From sequence record PX645697.1: a DNA stretch of 64,000 nt; one strand, 5' to 3'. The notes below the pieces were generated by a model. That model had not been told where the DNA came from and made no database searches. It saw only the letters and a list, made by a program, of their open reading frames with translations. Source of the DNA: a phage. The number at the start of each line of letters is the position of its first letter. Position 1 is the first letter of the stretch. Shown in pieces: positions 9,702 to 20,363 of this stretch. Both the position numbers and the translations under genes were made by a program.

Positions 9702-12482
9702 ATGATCGTTTATAATAACCAAGCACCTGATGCAGTGAATAACGTTGGGCAGTTTGGTGCTACTGAAGGCTCTATTGGAGCTTATAAGCAAGCCGCAGAA
9801 TATGCAGCTGACTCCAAATATTGGGCACTGTTAGCAGAGTCTAAGTTTGGTACAATTGATGACTTGATCGCTGAAGTAGAACGTCTGTATCAACAAGGTG
9901 TTCTGATGAAGCAAGATATTGAAGATCTTAAGCAGGACTTTAAAGATCAAGATGCTCGTCTGATGAGCTTGATTGCTCAGACTAATGCAGCAGTATCTGA
10001 TGCAAATAACGCAGTCGCCCTGATTAACCAGAAACTCATTGAAGTTCAGAATCAGCTTGATGTTCTGTTAGGAATGTCTGTTGATGTAACAACTCTCCCT
10101 CCGGGAACTCCGGCTACTGGCTCTTTTAATCCTAACACTGGTGTAATCTCTTTAGGTATTCCAGAAGGTGATCCCGGAAAAGATGGTTCTGTTAAGGATT
10201 TGGATACAGCACCTACAGGTGTTCCAGAGCTAGGTGATTTAGGTTTCTATGTTGACAAAGATGACAATACCGTCCACAAAACTACTCTAGATAACATTGC
10301 TAACTTAATCCCATCTGTTCGTTCTGTCTCTATTAACGGAGGTCCAGCTCTTGATGGAGAGGTTGCTCTAACACTTAACAAAGAGACGGTAGGTTTAGGA
10401 AATGTTCTGAACGTTGCTCAGTACAGTCGTCAAGAGATTAATGACAAGTTTGACAAAACTACCAAGACATACCAATCAAAAGCAGAAGCTGATGCTGACG
10501 CTCAGTATCGTCAAGTTGGTGAGAAAGTCTTAGTCTGGGAAGCTACTAAGTATGAGTTCTACACTGTTGCTGCCAACAAAACGCTAACCCCTGTTAAGAC
10601 TGAAGGTAGGATCCTTACCGTTAACTCTCGCTCTCCGGACTCAAGTGGTAACATTGATATCACTATCCCAACAGGAAACCCATCTCTGTATCTCGGTGAG
10701 ATGGTGATGTTCCCTTATGACCCAACTAAGAATATCTCCTACCCAGGAGTTCTTCCTGCCGATGGTCGTTTGGTATCAAAAGAGTCTGCTCTAGATTTAG
10801 GCCCATCCCTTGTCAGTGGACAACTTCCTGTTGTTTCTGAAACTGAATGGCAAGCTGGTGCTCGTCAATATTTCTCTTGGGGTAAATTGGCTGATGGTAT
10901 TACTGATGCTGATTCTTCTAACTTTATTAATATTCGTCTGCCAGATTGGACAGGTGGTGAGGCTATTCGCTCCCCTGATACTAGTAAAGATGCTAACTAT
11001 AAAGGTAGGGTTCAATCTCAGATTCCTTATATAGTAACCGTAAATGGAAAAGCTCCTGATGATACTAACGGTAATGTAGTTCTGACGGCAGCTAATGTTG
11101 GAGCAGCAGCCTCTGGTGCTAATTCTGATATCACATCTCTCAATGGATTGACCACCCCCTTACCTGTGTCACAAGGAGGTACAGGATCAACAACGATAGA
11201 TGGAGTTAGGTCTATCTTAAGAGTAACACCATTTACGACTGAATCTTCCCATGCTTTTGTATTCTCTCCAAATCGTTTACATAGAATAGTTCTGAGGGAT
11301 GACGGGCTTTTTACTGTACAGAAGAGAGATGCCGACACTTCTGAGGCATGGGAGACCAATCCTGTGTCTATAGAGTTAGGTGGTACAGGAGCTACTTCAG
11401 CTTCTGAAGCTAGGGAGAATCTTGGTGTTGGTGCTATTTCAACTATAAGCGGATATACTGCAATACAATCCCCCAATAAAAATTACCGGCTAATGCTTGG
11501 TAATGAGGGCACTTTTGTCTACCAAACAACAGAGGGCAATACAGCTCCAATCCCTATAGGGTCAGGTGGTACAGGAGCTATATCTGATATTGCTGCTCGT
11601 GTCAACTTGAAAGTGGACAAACTTGTTCAAAGTTCAACAGACACAAAACTGCTAGATGGTTCTGGAGACCACACCTTCTTTATTACAGATGCAGATTGGG
11701 GGTATTTCAATAACTCCGATTCTTCTCGAATAGCTTTGCCGGTAATAAGTGGCGGTACAGGAGGGAAGACTCCAGCCGAAGGTTCTGAAAAACTAGGGGC
11801 AATGCATTGTCAGTACGGTCAATCAACTTTTTATGGTAGTGGAGATTTACCAACTGGTATTGGATTCTACAGCGGGGACACATCACCTTTTCCGGGAGGT
11901 AATGGGGCACCCTTCACATATGCGGAGATAATGACTATTGCTGAAGGCGGTCGTGGAGGTAACTGGTCCCAAATAGGGTTCTCTACTATCACATATGAAG
12001 CCCCTCGCTATAGACAAAGGACTAGTGACCCCTCTTTAATCACAAACTGGCGTGACTTCTTAGTAAGGGATTTGAACACTACCGTAGATGTTAATGGTTT
12101 TGTTAAGATTGCATCGCCTATAGTCAAACTAAAATCTGACGGGTCTTCTGAAGTCAATGACCAAGCCCAAGGAGTAACAACCGAAAGATTAGATGTTGGT
12201 GTCTATAAAATCTCTGGAGTTCTAGGTTTTAACTCAGACCCTTCTTGGGGAGGTAATAGTGGCGGTTTCTCTATCCCTCAGAACTCTAACGGATTACCTC
12301 TTCTTTGGGTTGATTATGAAGTTGATGAAGAAGGTGATATTACTCTGAAAACTTACCATCGAACTCACGAGGGAGTTCCTTCTTTTGCAAGTAATGTAAT
12401 AGATGGTGTGATGGATGGTGAACCAATTGACATCCCTTCTGGAAGATGGATTGACCTTCGTGTTGAGATGCCTTCTAAATGA
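9702..12482 (+). CDS. tail fiber protein with phage tail-fiber repeats
   Basis: 926 aa; four copies of a GGTGxT...AR.NLG repeat (e.g. IELGGTGATSASEARENLGV); coiled-coil N-terminus. Confidence 0.7.
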   Translation: MIVYNNQAPDAVNNVGQFGATEGSIGAYKQAAEYAADSKYWALLAESKFGTIDDLIAEVERLYQQGVLMKQDIEDLKQDFKDQDARLMSLIAQTNAAVSDANNAVALINQKLIEVQNQLDVLLGMSVDVTTLPPGTPATGSFNPNTGVISLGIPEGDPGKDGSVKDLDTAPTGVPELGDLGFYVDKDDNTVHKTTLDNIANLIPSVRSVSINGGPALDGEVALTLNKETVGLGNVLNVAQYSRQEINDKFDKTTKTYQSKAEADADAQYRQVGEKVLVWEATKYEFYTVAANKTLTPVKTEGRILTVNSRSPDSSGNIDITIPTGNPSLYLGEMVMFPYDPTKNISYPGVLPADGRLVSKESALDLGPSLVSGQLPVVSETEWQAGARQYFSWGKLADGITDADSSNFINIRLPDWTGGEAIRSPDTSKDANYKGRVQSQIPYIVTVNGKAPDDTNGNVVLTAANVGAAASGANSDITSLNGLTTPLPVSQGGTGSTTIDGVRSILRVTPFTTESSHAFVFSPNRLHRIVLRDDGLFTVQKRDADTSEAWETNPVSIELGGTGATSASEARENLGVGAISTISGYTAIQSPNKNYRLMLGNEGTFVYQTTEGNTAPIPIGSGGTGAISDIAARVNLKVDKLVQSSTDTKLLDGSGDHTFFITDADWGYFNNSDSSRIALPVISGGTGGKTPAEGSEKLGAMHCQYGQSTFYGSGDLPTGIGFYSGDTSPFPGGNGAPFTYAEIMTIAEGGRGGNWSQIGFSTITYEAPRYRQRTSDPSLITNWRDFLVRDLNTTVDVNGFVKIASPIVKLKSDGSSEVNDQAQGVTTERLDVGVYKISGVLGFNSDPSWGGNSGGFSIPQNSNGLPLLWVDYEVDEEGDITLKTYHRTHEGVPSFASNVIDGVMDGEPIDIPSGRWIDLRVEMPSK

Positions 12483-12489
12483 AACAATA

Positions 12490-12510
12490 ATGCTCCCTTC
12501 GGGGAGCTTT
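12490..12510 (+). terminator. weak terminator/attenuator hairpin
   Basis: GCTCCC-TTCG-GGGAGC followed by a short TTT and the next SD. Confidence 0.35.
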
Positions 12511-12522
12511 AAGGAGATTTAA

Positions 12523-14673
12523 ATGTCTAGAGAATTAATGCCCAAATCTGGCATAATGATGCCTCATGTGGTTGTAACCAGAGATGCGGCTGTTGTTGGT
12601 GTTTCTACTGTAGATGGACAAGCAGGGGCTATTGACCTTACTGGAAAGTATTTACAGAAAACCGATGCGGCTGCTACATACCAAACTAAAGCAGAAGGTG
12701 CATCTAAAGATTTTGTGCTGGATTCAATTCAACCTATTATGTCCGGTGCTTTGTTCCGAGAAGACCCTTGGGTTGTTAATGACACACCTTTCCGTTCTAC
12801 TGGAGCTAATGGTGTAGAGTCTGTGGATATGATGAAGGTTACTCCCGATAACTCAATCAAGATTGGTAGCTATGCCTCTTCTGTTCAAGGTGTAGAGATT
12901 CACTCTGCTGGTCGGCTTCAAGTAGTAGACCAGAATGATTCTGGAGTAGAAACTAAGTATCCTGTTTATTCTAAACGTTATCGTCCTGAGATTGAGGATT
13001 TGCCTTTTGCTGCAATTGGTTCTTATGTCAAAGATTCCAAGGGTCGCACTATTGGTGTAAATCGTACAGGGATTAACTCTGATATCAAACAGCTCACACA
13101 GAAAGTAACCTTTACTCAACCAGTAACTGTTCCTGATGCAGTTGGTGATTATGATGCAGTTACTTTGAGACAACTTCGTAATAGTGGTGGTGGCTCTGGT
13201 GGTCCTACGATGAGTGGCATCTCCAACTTTGGTATTGGTGATTTCCACTTACGTGATAGTCGAGCTTTTATCCCAGCTTTTGAAGTAGTGTCTGATGGTC
13301 AGCTTTTGAATCGTGCTGATTATCCAGATTTGTGGGCTTATGCTCAACTGCTATCTCCAATCGAGGATTCTCTTTGGTTATCTAACATCTACCAGAGGGG
13401 TAAATACTCTACGGGTAACGGTACAACGACTTTCCGTGTTCCTGACCGAAATGGTATTCAAGAAGGGTCTCTGAAAGCTCTGTATGGTCGTGGTGATGGT
13501 GGAGCTTCGGCTGCTAATGGTCAAATATTTGATTCTGCTGCTCCTAACATTTATGGAGATATTGGTGGTGTTGTTGCTTATGGCCAGACTGGAGCTATTC
13601 TACGAGGTCAAGAGGAACAACCTCTCGCCCCTCAACCTTCAACTGGAAATGGTGTCTTGAGAGTTAGTTTAGACGCCTCAAAAGCAAGTCCTGTATATGG
13701 TCGTTCCACTGATGAAATCCTAACCCGTAACTTTGTAGGTGTGTGGACTATTCGTGCTCATGGAGGTTTTACTGCGGCTAACACTTCTTGGTCTGTTATC
13801 AACAGGGACAGCGCAGCTCCGGCTTTAAACACTTCTGTAGTTGGTGGTAAGGTGGAATCTAAATACACTAACCCAACCTCTTCCCAATATGCTCGTATGT
13901 ATGTTTCCTCTTCTTGGGGGAGTGTTTGTTCTGCCGTGATTGAAGCACAAGGTGCAAGTACTCACGCTTATAAGTTTTATGAGGATGGCACTGTTGATTT
14001 TAGGCAGTCTGGTAAGACAAACCCATTCCGCATGTACACACCAACTGGAACTTGGAATGGACTGACGGATGCGGGGACAAACAATTTAACCACCAATGGA
14101 ATGGACAGGGTGGCGATTTCTAGTGGCTCTGACACAGTGGTGCATGGGTACTCTATTGGAGGATCTAAACCTAATGGTTATCCAACCAAGGTTGGGTATC
14201 ATATGTATTTGCCGGGAAATGACGCCTTCGGTATCGCCTGTACAACTATTGGAGGAGACAACGGAAGGTTCTGTCGATATTTTTACGACATAGGCGGGCA
14301 GATATATGGCTCAACTGATTATGGAAACTTTAGCTATACAAAGAGTGGTGTCTCGGATGAAAACCTGAAACATAACATTGTTGATATTGATGCAGAAAGA
14401 GCTATTGAAGTAATAAAAGGACTGAAGTTCAAATCCTTTGTTTACAACGATGATGAGAAGAATCGATCTCGTCGTGGTATCATTGCACAGCAGGCAGAGA
14501 CGGTAGAACCTCTGTATGTCAAGACTCGTAAGTATCCCGGAACTGGAAACGGCGATTCTATGAAAGAGCAGAAAGAGTTAGACACAACTCCTATGCTACT
14601 TGACACTATGCAGGTTGTTCAGAATTTGCTGAAGCGTGTAGAAGAGTTAGAAGCTCAACTGGCTGCTAAGTAA
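12523..14673 (+). CDS. tail fiber/tailspike with C-terminal intramolecular chaperone (peptidase S74-like) domain
   Basis: 716 aa; C-terminus SDENLKHNIVDIDAERAIEVIKGLKFKSFVY...RRGIIAQQ matches the auto-cleaving chaperone motif of endosialidase-type fibers. Confidence 0.75.
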   Translation: MSRELMPKSGIMMPHVVVTRDAAVVGVSTVDGQAGAIDLTGKYLQKTDAAATYQTKAEGASKDFVLDSIQPIMSGALFREDPWVVNDTPFRSTGANGVESVDMMKVTPDNSIKIGSYASSVQGVEIHSAGRLQVVDQNDSGVETKYPVYSKRYRPEIEDLPFAAIGSYVKDSKGRTIGVNRTGINSDIKQLTQKVTFTQPVTVPDAVGDYDAVTLRQLRNSGGGSGGPTMSGISNFGIGDFHLRDSRAFIPAFEVVSDGQLLNRADYPDLWAYAQLLSPIEDSLWLSNIYQRGKYSTGNGTTTFRVPDRNGIQEGSLKALYGRGDGGASAANGQIFDSAAPNIYGDIGGVVAYGQTGAILRGQEEQPLAPQPSTGNGVLRVSLDASKASPVYGRSTDEILTRNFVGVWTIRAHGGFTAANTSWSVINRDSAAPALNTSVVGGKVESKYTNPTSSQYARMYVSSSWGSVCSAVIEAQGASTHAYKFYEDGTVDFRQSGKTNPFRMYTPTGTWNGLTDAGTNNLTTNGMDRVAISSGSDTVVHGYSIGGSKPNGYPTKVGYHMYLPGNDAFGIACTTIGGDNGRFCRYFYDIGGQIYGSTDYGNFSYTKSGVSDENLKHNIVDIDAERAIEVIKGLKFKSFVYNDDEKNRSRRGIIAQQAETVEPLYVKTRKYPGTGNGDSMKEQKELDTTPMLLDTMQVVQNLLKRVEELEAQLAAK

Positions 14674-14677
14674 AGGA

Positions 14678-14698
14678 TTGCCCCTTCGGGGGCTTTTA
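14678..14698 (+). terminator. intrinsic terminator
   Basis: GCCCC-TTCG-GGGGC followed by TTTT. Confidence 0.5.
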
Positions 14699-14767
14699 GA
14701 AGTTAAACTAGTGAATAGGTAATGAAACTAATATATCCCAAGAGGTTAATTTATAGGAGACACTCAA

Positions 14768-14986
14768 ATGAAAATGATGAAACAAGCTGTATATGGTTTA
14801 GTTTGTTTAGGTGCAGGAGTCGTGGTATCTACTGCAATCCCTGTAAGCGCAGTTCATCCATTAGTTACAGCACCTGCTCCAGTAGAGAAACTTAGTTCTC
14901 AATGTAAGCAGCGAACCATTCAAAATAATCTAGTTGTTATTTGTCCTGATGCTGAATCTAACGCTCTGAGAAAGATACTACCTTAA
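14768..14986 (+). CDS. small protein with N-terminal hydrophobic segment (possible holin or secreted protein)
   Basis: 72 aa; MKMMKQAVYGLVCLGAGVVVSTAIPVSA hydrophobic stretch; sits directly upstream of lysozyme. Confidence 0.4.
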   Translation: MKMMKQAVYGLVCLGAGVVVSTAIPVSAVHPLVTAPAPVEKLSSQCKQRTIQNNLVVICPDAESNALRKILP

Positions 14987-15015
14987 TTTAAAGGGACCGC
15001 AAAAGGAGGTTAGAA

Positions 15016-15507
15016 ATGGATAACGCCGCATTGCCACCTGTACAACTAAACTTAAGCCCAGCTGGAATGGAATTCATCATGAAGCATGAGGGTATGAGAA
15101 CCAAGGCTTATAAAGATTCCGCAGGTATCTGGACTATATGTGTAGGGGCTACGCGCGATATGAATGGTTATCCGGTTAGACAAGGATTAACGTATTCTAT
15201 AGAGGATTGTCTAGCTCTGCTAGATAGAGACACACAAGACTCTGTTCGTGCTACTCAGAAGAACATAAAGGTTCCTTTACTAGTTCATGAGTTTGATGCA
15301 CTCACTTCTTTCAACTTCAATGTTGGCAGTGGGGCTTTGAGCACATCTAAGTTAAGGAAGGTAATCAATGGAGATGTTAAGGGGGATGTTTATTCCGAAT
15401 TTCTTCGTTGGGATAAAATAACGGTCAAGGGAGAGAAGCAGAGAAGTCAGGGTCTTCATAATAGAAGAGTTGCAGAAGCTAATCTTTACACCGAAGGTAA
15501 ATATTAA
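15016..15507 (+). CDS. lysozyme, glycoside hydrolase family 24 (endolysin or virion-associated)
   Basis: 163 aa; KHEGMRTKAYKDSAGIWTICVGAT catalytic-region motif typical of T4 E / P22 gp19-type lysozymes. Confidence 0.8.
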   Translation: MDNAALPPVQLNLSPAGMEFIMKHEGMRTKAYKDSAGIWTICVGATRDMNGYPVRQGLTYSIEDCLALLDRDTQDSVRATQKNIKVPLLVHEFDALTSFNFNVGSGALSTSKLRKVINGDVKGDVYSEFLRWDKITVKGEKQRSQGLHNRRVAEANLYTEGKY

Positions 15508-15519
15508 TGGAGGTGCCTT

Positions 15520-16323
15520 TTGGCTATCGAAACTAATGCGGTAGTTGTTACCGACTTAAACCCGCTCTATCCTAGAGACAGGGATTACATCTACGAAGGG
15601 GCGGCTCAAATCCGCCTCATTAAACAAACATTACAGAACACATTCCCCAATGTTACAGAACCAGTTGATATTGATTCTGACACCTTTAAGATTATGTCAG
15701 AGAAGCTCAAGTTTACTGGTGATGCAATGGATGTTGGCGGTCTTATGATCAAGAACGTTACTCCGGGAACTGGCGACAAGGACGTTGTTACTAAAGGCCA
15801 GATGGAAGCGTTCATGAAGAACTGGATGGAGAATAAGCTCTATCGAATTGGTTCTTACTACATCACTGAAGAAGATATTAACCCCGGTGATTCAATCTCC
15901 TTAGGGTTTGGTTCTTGGGCTAAAGTGACTGGTGTCATTATGGGTACTGGTGTAGTAAACCCTGATGGCTCTGTCCCTAATGCTCAGAGAGTTGAGTTCC
16001 AAGCAGGTGGTACTGGTGGTCGTGTCTTCAATACCATTCGAACAGAGAACGTACCTTTGATGACAGTTAATGGCTCCAGCTTCTCCTTATCCAGTAACAC
16101 CCATAGCCACAATATGGTATTTGGTCGTGGAGATGCCAGTGGTCATAACAGCTCGCCAAACTGGTATAGTCCGGGTGGTGGATATAGTCAGAGAACTGAT
16201 AATGATACTCACACTCATACAATCTCTGGTAGTGTAAGTCTTGGTCGTGATGATATCTCTCGTCAACCTATTAACACTTTGCCGCCATTCAGAGCAGCTC
16301 ACATTTGGAGACGTATTAGCTAA
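15520..16323 (+). CDS. virion structural protein (tail-associated), probable TTG start
   Basis: 267-aa ORF; GGAGGTG SD 4 nt before TTG; location among tail genes. Confidence 0.5.
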   Translation: MAIETNAVVVTDLNPLYPRDRDYIYEGAAQIRLIKQTLQNTFPNVTEPVDIDSDTFKIMSEKLKFTGDAMDVGGLMIKNVTPGTGDKDVVTKGQMEAFMKNWMENKLYRIGSYYITEEDINPGDSISLGFGSWAKVTGVIMGTGVVNPDGSVPNAQRVEFQAGGTGGRVFNTIRTENVPLMTVNGSSFSLSSNTHSHNMVFGRGDASGHNSSPNWYSPGGGYSQRTDNDTHTHTISGSVSLGRDDISRQPINTLPPFRAAHIWRRIS

Positions 16324-16332
16324 GGAGGAATT

Positions 16333-19300
16333 ATGGCGCTGTATCCAATAAAGTCACTAGGTGCTGTAGGCGTTATCGCTGATCAGGCTCCGACAGACTT
16401 AGCTCCTAATGCTTTCACTAATGCTATAAATGCTCGATTTGTTGAGCAGAGAGTATTTAAGACGGGGGGCAATGCCCCTCTTTCTTATGTAGATGAAGAC
16501 AAGGATTTAACCCCTCTGTCTTTCGTTTCTATGCCTTTCGATTATTATAGCGCAGGTAATAGCTTTCTTGTTGTAGGTACAGATAAGAAGTTATATAAAC
16601 TGACAGATGAAAGCTTGACTGATATTAGCCGTAAGGTTGCTACAGTCACTAAGAAGGCTTCTGCCTCAATTAAGATTTATCCAGTTGTTTCTCAGATCGT
16701 TCCTAAAGAATCAACTATCTCAATGAACTTCAATCAGACCAAGAATCTAGAGGTTTCTCTTCTTCCTGCTGATGCTAACAATACTGATCTTATTTGGGAG
16801 GTTAGTAATTCAACCTATGGGAGTGTTACAGTAGACCCTAGTGACTCTAAGCTTGCTACTCTAACATCTTTTGAGAAAGAGGGTAATCTTGTAGTAACTA
16901 TTTCTACTGCTGATGATTCTGTAGTGGCTCAGATTGCTGTTAACATTATAGATGGCGATTCAGGCATCTTCTTGAGTCAAGATACTGTTACTATCCGTAA
17001 AGGAGGGACTACTACTCTCACGGCTGTTACTGGCAAAACTCCTGTAACTTGGTCCAGCAATAACGCTTCTATTGTATCCGTAACCCCTAACTCCAACTCT
17101 CTAACCGCTGTCATTACAGCGAATGGAGAAGGTAATGTAACAATCACTGCTGATAACGGGACTAAGACTGCTTCTTGTGAGATTGTTTCTATCCCTCAGA
17201 TTGATAGTATCTCTTTAAGCCAGTCAGATGTTACTGTGAGCAGAGGTTCTCAGTATATCTTAACTGCTACCCTTTCTCCTGCTAACGCCCCTAATCAAAA
17301 TATTACTTGGACCTCTTCTAACCCAAATATTGCAACAGTATCAGGGACTAGCACACAAGGGACGATCAACGCTCTACTTGCTGGTTTTACTGAGATTACA
17401 GCTACCACTGAAGAAGGTAATAGAGTTGCTGTCTGTACTGTACGTGTGGATTTAGCTGGAAGGACAATGAGAACAAGTGCTATGGCATTTGCCGCTCCTG
17501 TGTCAGAGTCAGTAGAAACTCAAGAGGAAGAAGTAGTAACTCCTACTGAAAGTGAAGAGACGGTTTATTTTGCTGAGCCTACATCTGGTATAGATACGTC
17601 GGGGATGTATGAAGGTAACAACTTCTATGACTATTCTAACGTGAATGACATTGAAGGTTTTGCAAGAGCTTCTTTACTCGCAACTCCTTTGTCATCTGTA
17701 ACCTTAGATATTGTCAGCGCTTCTCTTGATGTTGGTGAAGAGATTGTCATTACAGCCACAGCTTCTCCAGAGGGTGAGTACTCTTATCAGTGGTCTGTTG
17801 ATAAAACTGGTTATGTTTCTACAACCTCAGTTACTGGTAAATCTATCAAACTGGTTGCTCTTCGTAAAGGGGAGATTAACGTAACCTGTACTGTCAGTCA
17901 GATGACTCAGAAAGATTACGATGCTTTTGATGACTATCCTTGGTATCACGCTGTTATCTCTAACTGTGCAGTTGCTACAACTCACTATGAAACCCCTCAG
18001 GTAAAAGAATTCGAATCAGAATACTTTGTAGATCTTCCGGGATGGGGTGAGCAAACAGTTGTGGATAATGATGGAAACCCTTCAGTCAAGAAGTTTAACT
18101 GGAAATGTGAGAGAGTAAGATCTTTTAACAACCGTCTTTTTGCTCTGAATATGAGAGAGGCTAATGCTTCTGGTGTTACTACTAACTACCCGCTTCGTCT
18201 TCGTTGGTCTAACTTTGCCAATGAGAATAAGGCTCCTACACTGTGGGATGACTTTGCCTATGATCGAGTTGTGTCTTCGGACTTAGCTTCTAACATCGTA
18301 GGGCAGACTCAGGCTCTAGAGAATGGGTATGCTGGTTACATTGACTTAGCAGATTCTAATGGTAGCTTGATTGATATCCTACCTCTTAAAGACTACTTGT
18401 TTGTTTATACAGAGTTTGAAACGTATATTGGTTCTCCGACTAATAACACATACCAACCTCTGATGTTCAAGAAGCTCTTTAACGACTCTGGTATCCTTGC
18501 TCCTGAGTGTGTGGTTGAAGTAGAAGGTAGTCACTTCGTAGTTACTCAGAACGATGTAATCTTACACAACGGTGCAACCAAGAAGTCAATTGCATCTAAC
18601 CGTGTCAAGAACATGCTAATTAACGAGGTGTGCCTGGTTAACCCTCTAGCAACTCGAGTACACTTGCATCAGGATAAGAAAGAAGTTTGGGTTCTGTACG
18701 TAGGTCCGGGAGAACCAAAAGAAAGCTTCGCTTGTACTAAAGCTGCTGTATGGAATTATGAGTTTGATACTTGGTCTTTCCGTACTATCCCATATGCTCA
18801 GTGTATCGGCCTAGTTGATCCTCCTGTTTTAGAGAGAGGTCCAATCTGGTCTGACTTCCAAGAGATCACTTGGGATGACCCATCTATTAAAGAACTTGTT
18901 TGGAGAAAGGATGCAACAAACTTCAGACAGAGGGTTACGATAGTAGGTTCGTTCTTGAGGGGATTCTATCAGGTGGATGTAGGTGCTCTTGACTATTTCT
19001 ATGACAGGCTAAACGATGTTGTTATAGAGAAACCTCTGGAAATGAGGTTGGAGAGGACTGGTATAGATTTTGATAATGTGACGAATGAGTGGAATCAGAA
19101 GCATATTAACAGATTCCGTCCTCAGACAACTGGCTCAGGTACTTATATCTTTGAAGCTGGAGGTAGTCAATTCTCAAATGAATATGGACACCCACACACA
19201 TCTAAGACTTATACAATTGGTGTTGACAGGCATGTCTCGGTGAGACTGAACCATCCATACCTTTTCTATAATGTTATAGATAATGATGTTAACAGTAATG

Positions 19301-19350
19301 CTGCTATCAATGGGTTAACGATAGAGTTTGCTGTTGGCGGACGGAGATAA
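16333..19350 (+). CDS. large tail protein with four tandem Big_2 Ig-like domains
   Basis: 1005 aa; four Big_2-like segments in the N-terminal half (e.g. VTWSSNNASIVSVT, ITWTSSNPNIATVSG); SD AAGGAGG. Confidence 0.7.
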   Translation: MALYPIKSLGAVGVIADQAPTDLAPNAFTNAINARFVEQRVFKTGGNAPLSYVDEDKDLTPLSFVSMPFDYYSAGNSFLVVGTDKKLYKLTDESLTDISRKVATVTKKASASIKIYPVVSQIVPKESTISMNFNQTKNLEVSLLPADANNTDLIWEVSNSTYGSVTVDPSDSKLATLTSFEKEGNLVVTISTADDSVVAQIAVNIIDGDSGIFLSQDTVTIRKGGTTTLTAVTGKTPVTWSSNNASIVSVTPNSNSLTAVITANGEGNVTITADNGTKTASCEIVSIPQIDSISLSQSDVTVSRGSQYILTATLSPANAPNQNITWTSSNPNIATVSGTSTQGTINALLAGFTEITATTEEGNRVAVCTVRVDLAGRTMRTSAMAFAAPVSESVETQEEEVVTPTESEETVYFAEPTSGIDTSGMYEGNNFYDYSNVNDIEGFARASLLATPLSSVTLDIVSASLDVGEEIVITATASPEGEYSYQWSVDKTGYVSTTSVTGKSIKLVALRKGEINVTCTVSQMTQKDYDAFDDYPWYHAVISNCAVATTHYETPQVKEFESEYFVDLPGWGEQTVVDNDGNPSVKKFNWKCERVRSFNNRLFALNMREANASGVTTNYPLRLRWSNFANENKAPTLWDDFAYDRVVSSDLASNIVGQTQALENGYAGYIDLADSNGSLIDILPLKDYLFVYTEFETYIGSPTNNTYQPLMFKKLFNDSGILAPECVVEVEGSHFVVTQNDVILHNGATKKSIASNRVKNMLINEVCLVNPLATRVHLHQDKKEVWVLYVGPGEPKESFACTKAAVWNYEFDTWSFRTIPYAQCIGLVDPPVLERGPIWSDFQEITWDDPSIKELVWRKDATNFRQRVTIVGSFLRGFYQVDVGALDYFYDRLNDVVIEKPLEMRLERTGIDFDNVTNEWNQKHINRFRPQTTGSGTYIFEAGGSQFSNEYGHPHTSKTYTIGVDRHVSVRLNHPYLFYNVIDNDVNSNAAINGLTIEFAVGGRR

Positions 19351-19354
19351 CAAC

Positions 19355-19385
19355 AAGGGGCTTCGTGCCCCTTTTATTGTTTTGG
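19355..19385 (+). terminator. intrinsic terminator
   Basis: GGGGC-TTCGT-GCCCC followed by TTTTATTGTTTT. Confidence 0.5.
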
Positions 19386-19393
19386 AGGAACTT

Positions 19394-20362
19394 ATGGGTG
19401 CAGGTGGTTTTCGTAAGAACACTGGTCGTAATAACACCACACTCCCGTACAACGTTGGGTTTCTCAATAATGTACAGGACACAGAAACATATAACGTAGC
19501 CGTATATGACGAGCTACAGAAAGTCAGTACAGCTACTAACCAAATGTTCCAAGCTATTGATGAGATTCATGATGAAATTGATGTTCGTATCAAAGCTCTT
19601 CATGCAATGAATCTACAATTTGATGAGCTTGAGAATAGAATTACTACAGAGATAGAGACAGCTATCGCAGATATTATAACACAGATGGGGAACCTCTCCA
19701 CTGAAGATATTTGGGATAATTCTGTTCAACCTCCTGTAAAATTAGAAAGCACTGTATCTGGCTTTAAAACAAGTATTGAAGGTAACACAACTAAGATTCA
19801 AACGGTAGAAGGGATTGTTAACGACCAAGGTCAAGAGATTGCTTTAGTTCAGACAGAGATTCAAAATATTAATGGAAGCCTATCTCAGTATATGAAGCTT
19901 TCTGAGTATGAAGCTACTTGGGGTGTTAACTCTACGGTCAACGGAAGATACGCTGGGGTCAAGTTAACTAACAACGGAACAAACAGTCAATTCCAAGTAA
20001 CAGCTAACAAGTTTATTGTTGGTGATGGCAGCTCTGGTAATACCCCTTTTGTATTTGAAGGCGGAAGAGCTAGGATGGAATTCGCTGATATAAAGAACGT
20101 CAATATCACAACAGCTCAGATTGCTAACGCTAGAATCCAATGGGCACAGATTGATAACGTATCTATCTCCAACGCCCAGATCCAGAACTTATCAGCGGAT
20201 AAAATCACTGCTGGTTCTATGTGGGGTTCTAACTGGAGACTTACTGTTGGTGGTGATTTTGTTATGGGTGGTACAGGCGGTTCTCAGTTATGGATGAACG
20301 GTAATAGAATAGATTTTTATGATGGGAGTGGAACTCTTCGCATAAGAATAGGGAGTTGGTAA
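19394..20362 (+). CDS. tail fiber-like protein (start refined from 19328 to ATG 19394)
   Basis: GGAGG SD 7 nt upstream of ATG 19394; coiled-coil N-terminus; repetitive AQI/NAQI segment. Confidence 0.55.
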   Translation: MGAGGFRKNTGRNNTTLPYNVGFLNNVQDTETYNVAVYDELQKVSTATNQMFQAIDEIHDEIDVRIKALHAMNLQFDELENRITTEIETAIADIITQMGNLSTEDIWDNSVQPPVKLESTVSGFKTSIEGNTTKIQTVEGIVNDQGQEIALVQTEIQNINGSLSQYMKLSEYEATWGVNSTVNGRYAGVKLTNNGTNSQFQVTANKFIVGDGSSGNTPFVFEGGRARMEFADIKNVNITTAQIANARIQWAQIDNVSISNAQIQNLSADKITAGSMWGSNWRLTVGGDFVMGGTGGSQLWMNGNRIDFYDGSGTLRIRIGSW

Positions 20363-20363
20363 C

